Below are positions 25,991-34,138 of a DNA stretch of 39,156 nt, one piece after another. Source of the stretch: an uncultured Thermoplasmata archaeon (lineage in GTDB: Archaea > Thermoplasmatota > Thermoplasmata > JAJSAE01); the NCBI GenBank assembly GCA_964552865.1, contig CAZKII010000002.1:1-39156 (forward strand), read 5' to 3'. How positions within the stretch are numbered: the stretch's first letter is position 1; the number at the start of each line of letters is the position of its first letter. The translations under genes and the position numbers were made by a program. Under the pieces are notes generated by a model. It worked only from the letters and a program-made list of their open reading frames with translations. It was not told where the DNA came from and did no database searches.

Positions 25991-26757
25991 AATCTTTGGA
26001 ATACGCCATAGAAACGAGGAGATTGAACATATCATACGGAGACGATAGGGTGATTAAGGATGTGGATATGAAAATCCCGAAGAAAACCGTGTTTGCCCTG
26101 ATGGGGCCCAGCGGATGCGGAAAATCCACCATGCTCCGTGCTTTTAACAGAATACTGGAGCTCAACAAGGATGCAAAGGTAAGCGGAGAGATAAGGCTGT
26201 TCGGAGAGAACATATACGGGCCCGGAGTGGATCCCACCGAAGTGAGAAAAGAAACCGGAATGGTCTTCCAGTACCCGAACCCATTCCCTCACCTCACAGT
26301 CTTCGAGAATGTTGCAATAGGCCTGAGATTGAACAAACTCGTAAAGAGCAGAGATGAGCTGGAGGACAGGGTCCACTGGGCTCTCGAAAAGGCCGCCCTG
26401 CTGGAGGAGGTTAGAGATAGGCTGAAGAATTACCCCTCGGAACTAAGCGGAGGGCAAAAGCAGAGGCTTGTGATAGCCAGAGCTCTTGCCATGAAACCGA
26501 AGATCCTTCTCATGGATGAGCCCACGGCGAATATAGACCCCATCGGAACGAGAAAGATAGAGGAACTGCTCTTCGAACTGAAAAGGGAGTACACGATAGT
26601 TCTGGTCACGCACTCCCCGGCTCAGGCGGCCAGAGTAAGCAATCATGTCGGATTTCTATATCTCGGAGAGCTCATAGAAGTGGGCAAGACCGGAAAGATA
26701 TTCGAAAGCCCGGGGTCGGAACTGACTGAAAAGTATCTCACGGGAGAGCTTATTTAA
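25987..26757 (+). CDS. pstB: Phosphate ABC transporter ATP-binding protein PstB
   Basis: Walker A is GPSGCGKST, the signature is LSGGQKQRL and Walker B is LLMDEP. It overlaps pstA by 4 nt. Confidence 0.95.
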   Translation: MKSLEYAIETRRLNISYGDDRVIKDVDMKIPKKTVFALMGPSGCGKSTMLRAFNRILELNKDAKVSGEIRLFGENIYGPGVDPTEVRKETGMVFQYPNPFPHLTVFENVAIGLRLNKLVKSRDELEDRVHWALEKAALLEEVRDRLKNYPSELSGGQKQRLVIARALAMKPKILLMDEPTANIDPIGTRKIEELLFELKREYTIVLVTHSPAQAARVSNHVGFLYLGELIEVGKTGKIFESPGSELTEKYLTGELI

Positions 26758-26766
26758 GGTGATAAC

Positions 26767-27417
26767 ATGAGCGAAGAATTCCACAGAAAACTGAGCGATT
26801 TAAAGGGAGAGGTCATGGAGATGGGAGAACTGGCCTCCGGTATGCTGACCGATTCCATAACTGCCCTCAGGGACCAGAACATTGAGCTGGCGGACTCCGT
26901 GATCTCCAAAAAGAATAAACTGGCGGAGATGGACGAGGGCATCGAAGAAAAAGCCCTTAAATTCATAGCACTGTATCAGCCCATGGCCAGAGATATGAGG
27001 ACGATAGGCTGCATACTGAAGATAATAACCTATCTGGCCAGAATCGGCAGGTACGGGAAGGACATTGCCATGACAGTGAAAGAGCTGGCAGGAGAGAAGC
27101 ACATCGGAAAGCTGGTGGAAATCCCCTATATGGCTGAGAAGGCCGAGGAGATGATTCGGGATGCGCTCTGCGCCTTTGAGGACGGAAACGCCATAGATGC
27201 GGAGGCTTTCATAAGCAGGGACGACGAACTGGACAGCCTCAGATATTCCATATTTCGCGAATGCCTCACATACATGATGGAGGACCCGCAGAAGATAACC
27301 CGCTGTTCGCATTACATAATGATAGCCAGATACCTCGAAAGATGCGGGGACCACGCGTGCAAGATGGCCGAAAAGATTAACTACATGGTAACCGGTAAAA
27401 GGATGGAGATAAAATGA
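26767..27417 (+). CDS. phoU: Phosphate signalling/transport accessory protein PhoU
   Basis: It is 216 aa with duplicated PhoU repeats (ARIGRYGKDIA, ERCGDHACKMAEKI). GGTGAT lies upstream. Confidence 0.9.
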   Translation: MSEEFHRKLSDLKGEVMEMGELASGMLTDSITALRDQNIELADSVISKKNKLAEMDEGIEEKALKFIALYQPMARDMRTIGCILKIITYLARIGRYGKDIAMTVKELAGEKHIGKLVEIPYMAEKAEEMIRDALCAFEDGNAIDAEAFISRDDELDSLRYSIFRECLTYMMEDPQKITRCSHYIMIARYLERCGDHACKMAEKINYMVTGKRMEIK

Positions 27418-27875
27418 AAAAAGTCCTCTTCATATGCACTCACAACTCTGCGCGGTCCCAGATGGCCGAAGCCTTCCTGAATCACATGTACGGCGACAGA
27501 TATACGGCGGAGAGCGCGGGAACAGCGGCCACACAGGTGAACCCGCACGCAATCGCGGTCATGGAGGAACTGGGAATCTCGATGGAAGGCCACAGGTCCA
27601 AGAGCATCGAGGAGTTCAGAGGGAGGAACTTCGATGTGGTGGTTACGGTCTGCGACAGTGCAAGGGAGGCGTGCCCGTTCTTTCCCGGGAACACGGTCAT
27701 ACACAGGTCATTCAGGGATCCGGCCGAGGCCGCCGGCTCGGAAGAGGAAATCATCGAAGCTTTCAGGCAGGTCAGGGACGAGATAAAAGAATGGATTGAA
27801 GGGGAATTCGGCAGAAGGGACATGGAACAGGCGGCCCCCTCCCTTAACCTGAACCGAAAAAGTGTGATGGATTGA
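27414..27875 (+). CDS. arsC: Arsenate reductase, thioredoxin-coupled LMW-PTP type
   Basis: The CX5R P-loop is FICTHNSARSQMAE, and the distal Cys pair VCDSAREACP has the pI258-type spacing. The ATG overlaps the phoU stop (ATGA). Confidence 0.8.
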   Translation: MKKVLFICTHNSARSQMAEAFLNHMYGDRYTAESAGTAATQVNPHAIAVMEELGISMEGHRSKSIEEFRGRNFDVVVTVCDSAREACPFFPGNTVIHRSFRDPAEAAGSEEEIIEAFRQVRDEIKEWIEGEFGRRDMEQAAPSLNLNRKSVMD

Positions 27876-27894
27876 ATCATTTCATTCACCACCA

Positions 27895-27930
27895 TTTTTT
27901 CTCTATTTGTGCCCGAATCGCCCGTTTTTT
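27895..27930 (+). terminator. Double oligo-T termination region after arsC
   Basis: T6 tracts occur at 27895-27900 and 27925-27930. They are flanked by the duplicated 11-mer TCATTTCATTC. Confidence 0.45.
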
Positions 27931-28017
27931 CTTCATTTCATTCTACAGAGTAGTGATAGGTGCCTCTCCGTTCCACTTAAAATTACGGCTATAATCAGGG
28001 GAAAACTTTAAGTAGTT

Positions 28018-28048
28018 TTAGGCATACCTAACAGTTAGGCACACCTAA
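28018..28048. promoter_or_regulatory. Tandem palindromic operator TTAGG-N4-CCTAA x2, a candidate site for a DtxR/IdeR/SirR-type metal-dependent repressor, upstream of the feo operon
   Basis: The sequence is TTAGGcataCCTAAcagTTAGGcacaCCTAA. The pentamers equal the outer half-sites of the DtxR/IdeR iron box. The site lies between AT-rich TATA candidates (27976-28013) and the SD GGTGAT at 28051. Confidence 0.5.
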
Positions 28049-28059
28049 AAGGTGATTAG

Positions 28060-29004
28060 ATGGATGTGAAAAAAACGATAGATGTAAGAGGAAAAAGCGT
28101 TCAGGAAAGACAACAGACGGCGAAAAAAGAGAGTATGGCCCTCAGGCCCGGAGAAGTGATAGAGATAATAGCGGATGATGAAAGGATGCCCGCGGTCGCT
28201 CCGAAGATGGCACAAGCAATAGGAACAATAGAAGTCGTCAATGTGGAAAAAAAGGAGGACGGTCTTTATCACGGCTACTTCAGAAGGATAGAACTTCTCT
28301 CTCTGCTTGATGTGGAGGAGGAGGAAACAGTGGAGATTGCAAGAGTTGATGGAGGGGTGCGTATTACGGGTGAACTCAGGGAACGCGGCCTCTCGCCCGG
28401 CCTCAGAGTAGTAGTTCGGAAGAAAAGGGTCAGCCATATACACAGCGGACCACTCATCATAGAGGCAGGAAAGAAGGAAATCCTTATACCGCGGGGGATA
28501 GCGGGGAAAATATGGGTGGGAGCGAAAAGGCTTCTCGATATGGAGGGCGGCGAAAAAGGAGTGATGACCTCTCTTAAAGACCTTAATGAAGAGATGAAAG
28601 AGGGCTTTCGGGAGTTAGGGCTGCAGGAAGGAACCGATATTCATATCAGGGGGCACGACACGGAAAAAACATATACTTTTAAAATCGGAGGAAACAATCT
28701 TGTCCTCGGAGATGGCGAATCGGCAAAGATTCTGGTTTCACAGAAAGGGAAAGTAATGCAGGCAAACTTCCTCGAAGGCCAAGGGATTGTGAAAAAGATA
28801 ATGAGCGGCACGGAGCTCCTTGAAAGAGTGGGGGAACAGAACATTCTCGGGGAGAAAATTGAGAGGCTCTCCGTGGAAGAGGAGAAAAGCCATAAAGATG
28901 CGGGACACTTCATAACTCTGGAGATGGAAGGCAGGTCCGTACTCCTCGGAAAGGGGCTGGCAGAAAAGATATGGGTGAGAAAAGTAAGGCAGGGGATAGA
29001 GTGA
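28060..29004 (+). CDS. Cys-less TusA-like domain fused to three FeoA (SH3-like) domains
   Basis: The N-terminus IDVRGKSVQE..LRPGEVIEIIADDERMP..EDGLYHGYFRR parallels TusA (LDxxGLxCPxP..GExLxxxxDD) but has Ser in place of the Cys. Three units end in FeoA-like GKKEILIPRGIAGKIWV, GGNNLVLGDGESAKILV and GRSVLLGKGLAEKIWV. Confidence 0.6.
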   Translation: MDVKKTIDVRGKSVQERQQTAKKESMALRPGEVIEIIADDERMPAVAPKMAQAIGTIEVVNVEKKEDGLYHGYFRRIELLSLLDVEEEETVEIARVDGGVRITGELRERGLSPGLRVVVRKKRVSHIHSGPLIIEAGKKEILIPRGIAGKIWVGAKRLLDMEGGEKGVMTSLKDLNEEMKEGFRELGLQEGTDIHIRGHDTEKTYTFKIGGNNLVLGDGESAKILVSQKGKVMQANFLEGQGIVKKIMSGTELLERVGEQNILGEKIERLSVEEEKSHKDAGHFITLEMEGRSVLLGKGLAEKIWVRKVRQGIE

Positions 29005-29792
29005 AACGAACGGGATTAACTGTCTGTTTGCTCGCTCTTATTCTCCTCTCACCGGGGGTGCTCGGGCATATGGCCGGGACCCCCCCTCCCCCTGATGTTG
29101 AGCTTTCTCCGATAACCATTCTCGTCAATGGAAAGGCCGTGGAAATCTCTCTGGAAGATATGGCAAAGTACCATGCGGACCGGATGGGAAAACAGCCGCA
29201 GATATGCGGGTCAATTGCGGCGACATTCAGAGCGAGCAGCCTCGCGATAAGCGAACTATGGCCGGAAGAAGCACCCGAAAGAAGCGACATCATGGTGAAA
29301 ACACACCTTCTGACCCCTTCTTCCGTTCAGGCGTTTCAGTTTCTTCTTGGAATAAAGAACTCCACGAATCCGGGAATACTTCATGTGCTGCTTCTGGATG
29401 GAAGTGAGGTCACAAATCTGAGCGCAAAAAATCTCAAGAAACTCAGCATGAACTCGACCCCTTCAAGCTTCAATTTCACATTCACCCGGATCTCGACCAA
29501 CGAATCGATGACCCTGAATGTCAGAGAAGAGGCCTTTCCCTCCGATTTCTTCGAGTTGAGAAAGAAGGTAAAATTCGGAGTGCCGGAAAACGCAACACAG
29601 AAAGAGACAGACGCATTCAAAACGGAGTGGGCGGACCAGAGGGATTTCTTCATGACGGCACAGGACTATGAAATGTTCGAAGGAGTCGAGCCGGCGGATG
29701 AATCCGCAGGGATGCCGGTTATTGCAATCGTTGTGGTCCTGATATTTTTCGGATTGATAGTCACGGCTCCGCTGCTGACAAGAAGGAAGTAA
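28971..29792 (+). CDS. Secreted, C-terminally TM-anchored probable glycoprotein of unknown function in the feo operon
   Basis: The signal peptide is LTVCLLALILLSPGVLG. There are six N-x-S/T sequons and a C-terminal TM helix, PVIAIVVVLIFFGLIVTAPLLTRRK. An alternative GTG start at 29001 overlaps the upstream stop (GTGA). Confidence 0.55.
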   Translation: MGEKSKAGDRVKRTGLTVCLLALILLSPGVLGHMAGTPPPPDVELSPITILVNGKAVEISLEDMAKYHADRMGKQPQICGSIAATFRASSLAISELWPEEAPERSDIMVKTHLLTPSSVQAFQFLLGIKNSTNPGILHVLLLDGSEVTNLSAKNLKKLSMNSTPSSFNFTFTRISTNESMTLNVREEAFPSDFFELRKKVKFGVPENATQKETDAFKTEWADQRDFFMTAQDYEMFEGVEPADESAGMPVIAIVVVLIFFGLIVTAPLLTRRK

Positions 29793-29801
29793 GGTGATGA
29801 A

Positions 29802-30032
29802 ATGACACGATTGACAGAGCTGAAAAGCGGACAGAAAGCAAGAATTGTCCACATGGGTGTCAAAGGCCCTGCTGGGCAGAGATATAGAGAAATGGGAATG
29901 ATTCGCGGGGAGACGGTTGAGATTGTCAGAATCGCACCCCTGGGAGATCCCATAGAGATAGAGGTCAAAGGCTATAACCTTTCCCTGAGAAAGGAAGAGG
30001 CCGAACTGATAATCGTAGAGGTGATGAAATGA
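29802..30032 (+). CDS. feoA: Ferrous iron transport protein A
   Basis: It is 76 aa with LKSGQKARIVHM...REMGMIRGETVEIV..PLGDPIEIEVKGYNLSLRKEEAELIIVE. GGTGAT lies upstream. Confidence 0.9.
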   Translation: MTRLTELKSGQKARIVHMGVKGPAGQRYREMGMIRGETVEIVRIAPLGDPIEIEVKGYNLSLRKEEAELIIVEVMK

Positions 30033-32047
30033 AAGAGATGACAAAGGTAGCGCTTGCGGGAAACCCGAATGTCGGCAAAACCGTCATTTTCAACGAACTC
30101 ACCGGCTCGAAGCAGCATGTGGGAAATTGGCCGGGAGTTACCGTAGAGAAAAAGGTTGGAAAATTCTCACACAAGGACGAGGAAATCGAAGTGCTCGATC
30201 TTCCCGGCACATACAGTTTGAGTCCGTATTCGATAGATGAAAGGATTGCTCGGGACTACATAATAGAGGAAAAGCCAGATGCTGTGGTTAACATAGTTGA
30301 TGCCTCCAATATCGAAAGAAACCTCTACCTTACCTTACAACTCCTTGAAGCAGGAGCCAATGTGGTGGTTGCCCTCAATATGATGGACGAGGCACAGAAG
30401 AAGGGGATGAAGATTGATGTGAAAAAACTGTCGGAGTTGCTAAAGACTCCTGTTATTCCGATGGTCGGTATCAAAGGGGAAGGCGTGAAGGAGTTAAAGG
30501 ATGCGGTCTACGAGGAAGTAAAGCATCACAGAGAGCACAGGCACATGAGCATGGGTTATGGAAAAGAACTCGAAAGGGGAATAATATCTCTTGAAGAAAA
30601 AATGGAGCACTGCCCTGCACTCAAAAAATACAGACACCGGTGGCTTGCCATAAAAATCCTTGAAGGTAATGCAGAGGCTATTGAGAAGGTCAGTGAAGCG
30701 GGGTGCGACAATCTGATTAAAGAAGGGGAAAAACTGAGAAAACAGTTCGGCCGGAAACTACATGAGGATCTCGAATCATACTTTGCGGACAAGCGGTATG
30801 AATTCGTGGACGATATCCTCGGCGTTGTTCTCATAAAGGGAAAGAAACTCTGGTCGTTCAGTGACATGCTTGATAAAGTTCTCACCCACAAAGTATTCGG
30901 GATACCCATATTTCTCGCCATGATGTGGGCTACTTTTCAGTTCACATTCTCCGTTGCCGTGCCATTCATGGATGCGATAGATCTGTTTTTCGGATGGCTC
31001 GGAGGCGCTGCCAGTGCGGGAATCACTGACCCTGCTATCCAGTCGCTTGTTGCGGACGGAATAATCGGCGGCCTCGGAAGCGTCCTGATATTCCTGCCGA
31101 ACATATTCCTCCTGTTCTTTGTGCTGTCTCTCATGGAAGATTCAGGGTATCTTTCGAGGGCTGCTTTTGTCATGGACAAGGCAATGTACAGAATAGGACT
31201 CCAAGGAAAATCGTTTGTTCCCATGCTCCTAGGTTTCGGCTGCAATGTTCCCGCCATAATGTCCACCCGAACAATCGAGGACCGGAAAGACCGATTGATA
31301 ACCATCCTTGTGAACCCGCTGATGTCCTGCTCGGCCCGCCTCCCCGTATATATTCTCTTTGCAGGAGCTTTTTTCCTCGGTGCGGAGGGCAGTGTCATAT
31401 TCTCCATGTATCTGATGGGGATTCTGCTTGCGGTTCTCATGGCCCTTCTTCTGAGAAAGCTCTTTTTCAAGGGAAAACCTTCTCCGCTTATAATGGAGAT
31501 GCCCCCATACAGAATTCCGACGCTCAAAAGCAGTGCGATACACATGTGGGAAAAAGGCAGCATGTTCCTGAAGAAAGCAGGAACGACAATATTCCTTGGA
31601 GTTATAATAATATGGTTCCTCTCGACCTACCCCGGAGGGCCTGGTTCAGATATCGAAACCTCCTATGTGGCGGCAATCGGCCGTTGGGTCCAGCCGATAT
31701 TCGCACCGCTCGGGTGGGACTGGAAGGCTGCAATCGCCCTATTGTTCGGATTTGTTGCCAAGGAAATAGTTGTTGGAGCATACGGAACCTTCTATGGAAT
31801 ATCGGATGCGGATGAAGGGAGTGCAACTCTGAGAAGCGAGTTACACGGTGCATTTACGCCGGTGAGCGCATACGCATACATGGCATTCGTGCTGATATAT
31901 GTACCGTGTCTGGCGACAATAGGTGTTATTAAATCAGAGACGGGATCATGGAAGTGGACCCTGTTCGCAGTGGGCTACATGATGGGGCTGGCATATCTCG
32001 TCGCATTCGTGATAACCACCGTTGGCCATCTTCTGGGATTCGCATGA
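30029..32047 (+). CDS. feoB: Ferrous iron transporter FeoB (G-domain + permease)
   Basis: G1 is GNPNVGKT, G2/G3 is GVTVEK...DLPGTYSL and G4 is NMMD, followed by a polytopic membrane domain. The start overlaps the feoA stop (ATGA). Confidence 0.95.
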   Translation: MKEMTKVALAGNPNVGKTVIFNELTGSKQHVGNWPGVTVEKKVGKFSHKDEEIEVLDLPGTYSLSPYSIDERIARDYIIEEKPDAVVNIVDASNIERNLYLTLQLLEAGANVVVALNMMDEAQKKGMKIDVKKLSELLKTPVIPMVGIKGEGVKELKDAVYEEVKHHREHRHMSMGYGKELERGIISLEEKMEHCPALKKYRHRWLAIKILEGNAEAIEKVSEAGCDNLIKEGEKLRKQFGRKLHEDLESYFADKRYEFVDDILGVVLIKGKKLWSFSDMLDKVLTHKVFGIPIFLAMMWATFQFTFSVAVPFMDAIDLFFGWLGGAASAGITDPAIQSLVADGIIGGLGSVLIFLPNIFLLFFVLSLMEDSGYLSRAAFVMDKAMYRIGLQGKSFVPMLLGFGCNVPAIMSTRTIEDRKDRLITILVNPLMSCSARLPVYILFAGAFFLGAEGSVIFSMYLMGILLAVLMALLLRKLFFKGKPSPLIMEMPPYRIPTLKSSAIHMWEKGSMFLKKAGTTIFLGVIIIWFLSTYPGGPGSDIETSYVAAIGRWVQPIFAPLGWDWKAAIALLFGFVAKEIVVGAYGTFYGISDADEGSATLRSELHGAFTPVSAYAYMAFVLIYVPCLATIGVIKSETGSWKWTLFAVGYMMGLAYLVAFVITTVGHLLGFA

Positions 32048-32056
32048 GGTGATAAA

Positions 32057-32482
32057 ATGAGTGAAAAAATAAGACTAATCGGGATATACTCCGCAATAAT
32101 CGGAAGCATGTACATCCTTTACGGAATGTTGGAGATAATTGCATGGGCCGCAGGGGAGCTGGCATTCCCTCTTTCTCCGAGCCCAGACATATTCGCAGGT
32201 TTTATTCTCGTGGTGATTGGCTCCATCCTGCTATATCGGGTGAGAGACCTTCTGAACATGAGATACGAGGGTCTTTCGTTCTTTTTCGTCGGCCTTATTC
32301 TCTCGGCGATAATCGGAATAATGTATCTGCTGATAATGGGAGCGGATCTTCTCGATGCAACCATAATCGGAGAGACATGGGCATTCGACTCTGCGGCGTA
32401 CAATCTGCCTGCCATAGTGCTGTTTATCCTCCTGCTCCCGGGATGGCTGATAATCAAAGAGAGAGAGGAGTTCGGTGAGTAA
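32057..32482 (+). CDS. Small 4-TM membrane protein of unknown function, feo operon member
   Basis: It is 141 aa with four hydrophobic helices. AGGTGAT lies upstream, and its stop directly abuts the next ATG. Confidence 0.6.
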   Translation: MSEKIRLIGIYSAIIGSMYILYGMLEIIAWAAGELAFPLSPSPDIFAGFILVVIGSILLYRVRDLLNMRYEGLSFFFVGLILSAIIGIMYLLIMGADLLDATIIGETWAFDSAAYNLPAIVLFILLLPGWLIIKEREEFGE

Positions 32483-32749
32483 ATGCTCAGGGAAATAAAG
32501 GAAGAACTGAATAAAGGCCCTACCAGCACGAAAGGACTCTCCGCAGCCCTGGGAGTTTCCGCCGAAAGGATTGGAGACGCTCTCAGATTGCTAATCAACA
32601 TGGGAGCAATCGAAGAAGTGCCATTGGTGGAGCGCAGAGCGGAAAAAAGCGTTGCCTGTCTGTTCTGTCCGCTGGCAAAATCCTGCGGAAAAACAGGTAT
32701 AAAGACATATCGGCTGACATCCGCAGTATTATCCCACAAAAACAATTAA
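32483..32749 (+). CDS. FeoC-like winged-helix protein with a C-terminal Cys cluster
   Basis: LREIKEELNKGPTSTKGLSAALGVSAERIGDALRLLINMGAIEE suggests a wHTH, followed by CLFCPLAKSC (CxxCx5C), as in FeoC Fe-S-binding tails. Confidence 0.5.
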   Translation: MLREIKEELNKGPTSTKGLSAALGVSAERIGDALRLLINMGAIEEVPLVERRAEKSVACLFCPLAKSCGKTGIKTYRLTSAVLSHKNN

Positions 32750-32773
32750 GGCCGTATGGCCTATTTTTTTATT
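32749..32773 (+). terminator. Hairpin plus T-tract terminator at the end of the feo operon
   Basis: AGGCC-gtat-GGCCT is followed by aTTTTTTTaTT, starting at the stop codon. Confidence 0.55.
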
Positions 32774-32832
32774 CCCATAATCGCAACCTTTTTTAACCTC
32801 CCTCCCATTATCTGTCCAAAGAGGAGGGCTTC

Positions 32833-34077
32833 ATGGACATTTACGAGGCTATAATATCGGTCGTTCGGGAGGAGATGCCCGACATAGGCCAGTTCGTGGT
32901 GGACAAGCAGTTGAAAGACCTCGGAATAGAGAGAGAGGGCATCAAAGACAGCGATGTCCCGCGAATCATCGAGGCTATCGTCAGGGTCTTTCTGGCGTTC
33001 GGCGAAAAGAAGGCGAGGCGTGTCCGTCAGGAACTGATAAGGCGGACAGGAGCAAACAGGACGGTGGCCAGCGAGTCGGATGACCACAAGAAGGTCCACA
33101 TGTTAATGGACATGGGGAAGGCCGCGTTCTATTCCGGTGACTACGCCGAGGCCCTCGGAAATCTGGGCGAGGCTCTGGCCATAGCGGAAAAGAGAGGGTT
33201 CCACAGGCTCACGGTGGATGCGGCCGTTGAGACGGCCCAGATAGAGATGAGGATGAAGGCCTTTGACAGAGCGAAAGAGCACCTTCGCACCGCGAAGAGG
33301 ACAGCGGAGGAGATTTACGACAGGAACGGCCTTCTGAAGGTGGAATACGCCTTCGGTGCGGCGGACTGGTGGAGTGGGGACTACGAGAGCGCGCTGACAC
33401 ACTTCGAGAGAGCGATCAGGGAAGCGGAGAAGTCCGGAGACCACCACATAGCAGGGATGGCCTGCATGGGAGCAGCCAATGTTCACAGCGAGCTGGGAGA
33501 CCCGCAGATGGACATAGAGTACTCGGAAAGGGCGAAAGAACACCTGGAGAAAGCTGGGGACGAACGAGAGCTGGCCAAACTCTACACCAACTTAGGGGTT
33601 CCGTACGAGGACATAAAGAAGTACGACATTGCGGAAAAGATGTACAGGAAGGGGCTGGAACTATCGATAAAAACGAACTACAGAGGGATGGAGGCGTGGG
33701 CGCTTTCCAACCTCTCCGCCCTTTACACCAACACAGGGAGGTTCAAAGAGGCCGAAGATGCGGCCCTGAAATCCATGGAGATATTCGACCGGATGGAGGA
33801 CGAGACAGGGCTTGCCATAGCCATCGGGATGCTTGCCAGCCTGCACATGAGGGCGGGAGATACGGAAAAAGCGAAGGAGGAGTACGAAAGGGCCATAGAG
33901 CTGAAAAGAAGGGTGGACAGCGGGTTCGGACTCGCCAGCTCCTTAGAAGAATACGGAGAACTCCTGATAAAGACAGGAGAAGGAGCGGAGGGAAGGGCGA
34001 GGCTATCGGAGGCCGCAAGGATATACAGAAAGATAGGGAACAGGGAGAAAGAGAGGGAGTGCAGGTCTAAAATGTGA
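32833..34077 (+). CDS. TPR-repeat protein with an unassigned ~90-aa N-terminal helical domain
   Basis: There are at least seven 34-aa units of the type A..Y..G.....G....A...Y..AL. AGAGGAGGG lies 4 nt upstream. Confidence 0.8.
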   Translation: MDIYEAIISVVREEMPDIGQFVVDKQLKDLGIEREGIKDSDVPRIIEAIVRVFLAFGEKKARRVRQELIRRTGANRTVASESDDHKKVHMLMDMGKAAFYSGDYAEALGNLGEALAIAEKRGFHRLTVDAAVETAQIEMRMKAFDRAKEHLRTAKRTAEEIYDRNGLLKVEYAFGAADWWSGDYESALTHFERAIREAEKSGDHHIAGMACMGAANVHSELGDPQMDIEYSERAKEHLEKAGDERELAKLYTNLGVPYEDIKKYDIAEKMYRKGLELSIKTNYRGMEAWALSNLSALYTNTGRFKEAEDAALKSMEIFDRMEDETGLAIAIGMLASLHMRAGDTEKAKEEYERAIELKRRVDSGFGLASSLEEYGELLIKTGEGAEGRARLSEAARIYRKIGNREKERECRSKM

Positions 34078-34102
34078 TAACAACTGCATTGCCGTGCAAA
34101 TC

Positions 34103-34110
34103 TATAAATA
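34103..34110 (+). promoter_or_regulatory. TATA-like box for the ABC-2 operon
   Basis: TATAAATA is centred about 32 nt upstream of ATG 34139. It is only 9 nt from the ORF-track ATG 34115, which therefore cannot be served by it. Confidence 0.4.
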
Positions 34111-34138
34111 ACAGATGCACTATGTCGTTACCGATACC

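Noticed and set aside
27878-27943. The duplicated 11-mer TCATTTCATTC flanking two T6 tracts downstream of arsC, considered as a possible mobile-element scar or att site.
   Set aside because: The duplication is short and AT-rich, and no integrase, transposase or target-site structure is nearby. It is most simply a duplicated terminator region.
28060-29004. Considered calling the 314-aa protein a DtxR-family repressor, because DtxR proteins end in an SH3/FeoA-like domain and a DtxR-like operator lies just upstream.
   Set aside because: The N-terminus shows no helix-turn-helix or DtxR metal-site residues and instead aligns with the TusA pattern. The protein also has three FeoA units rather than one.
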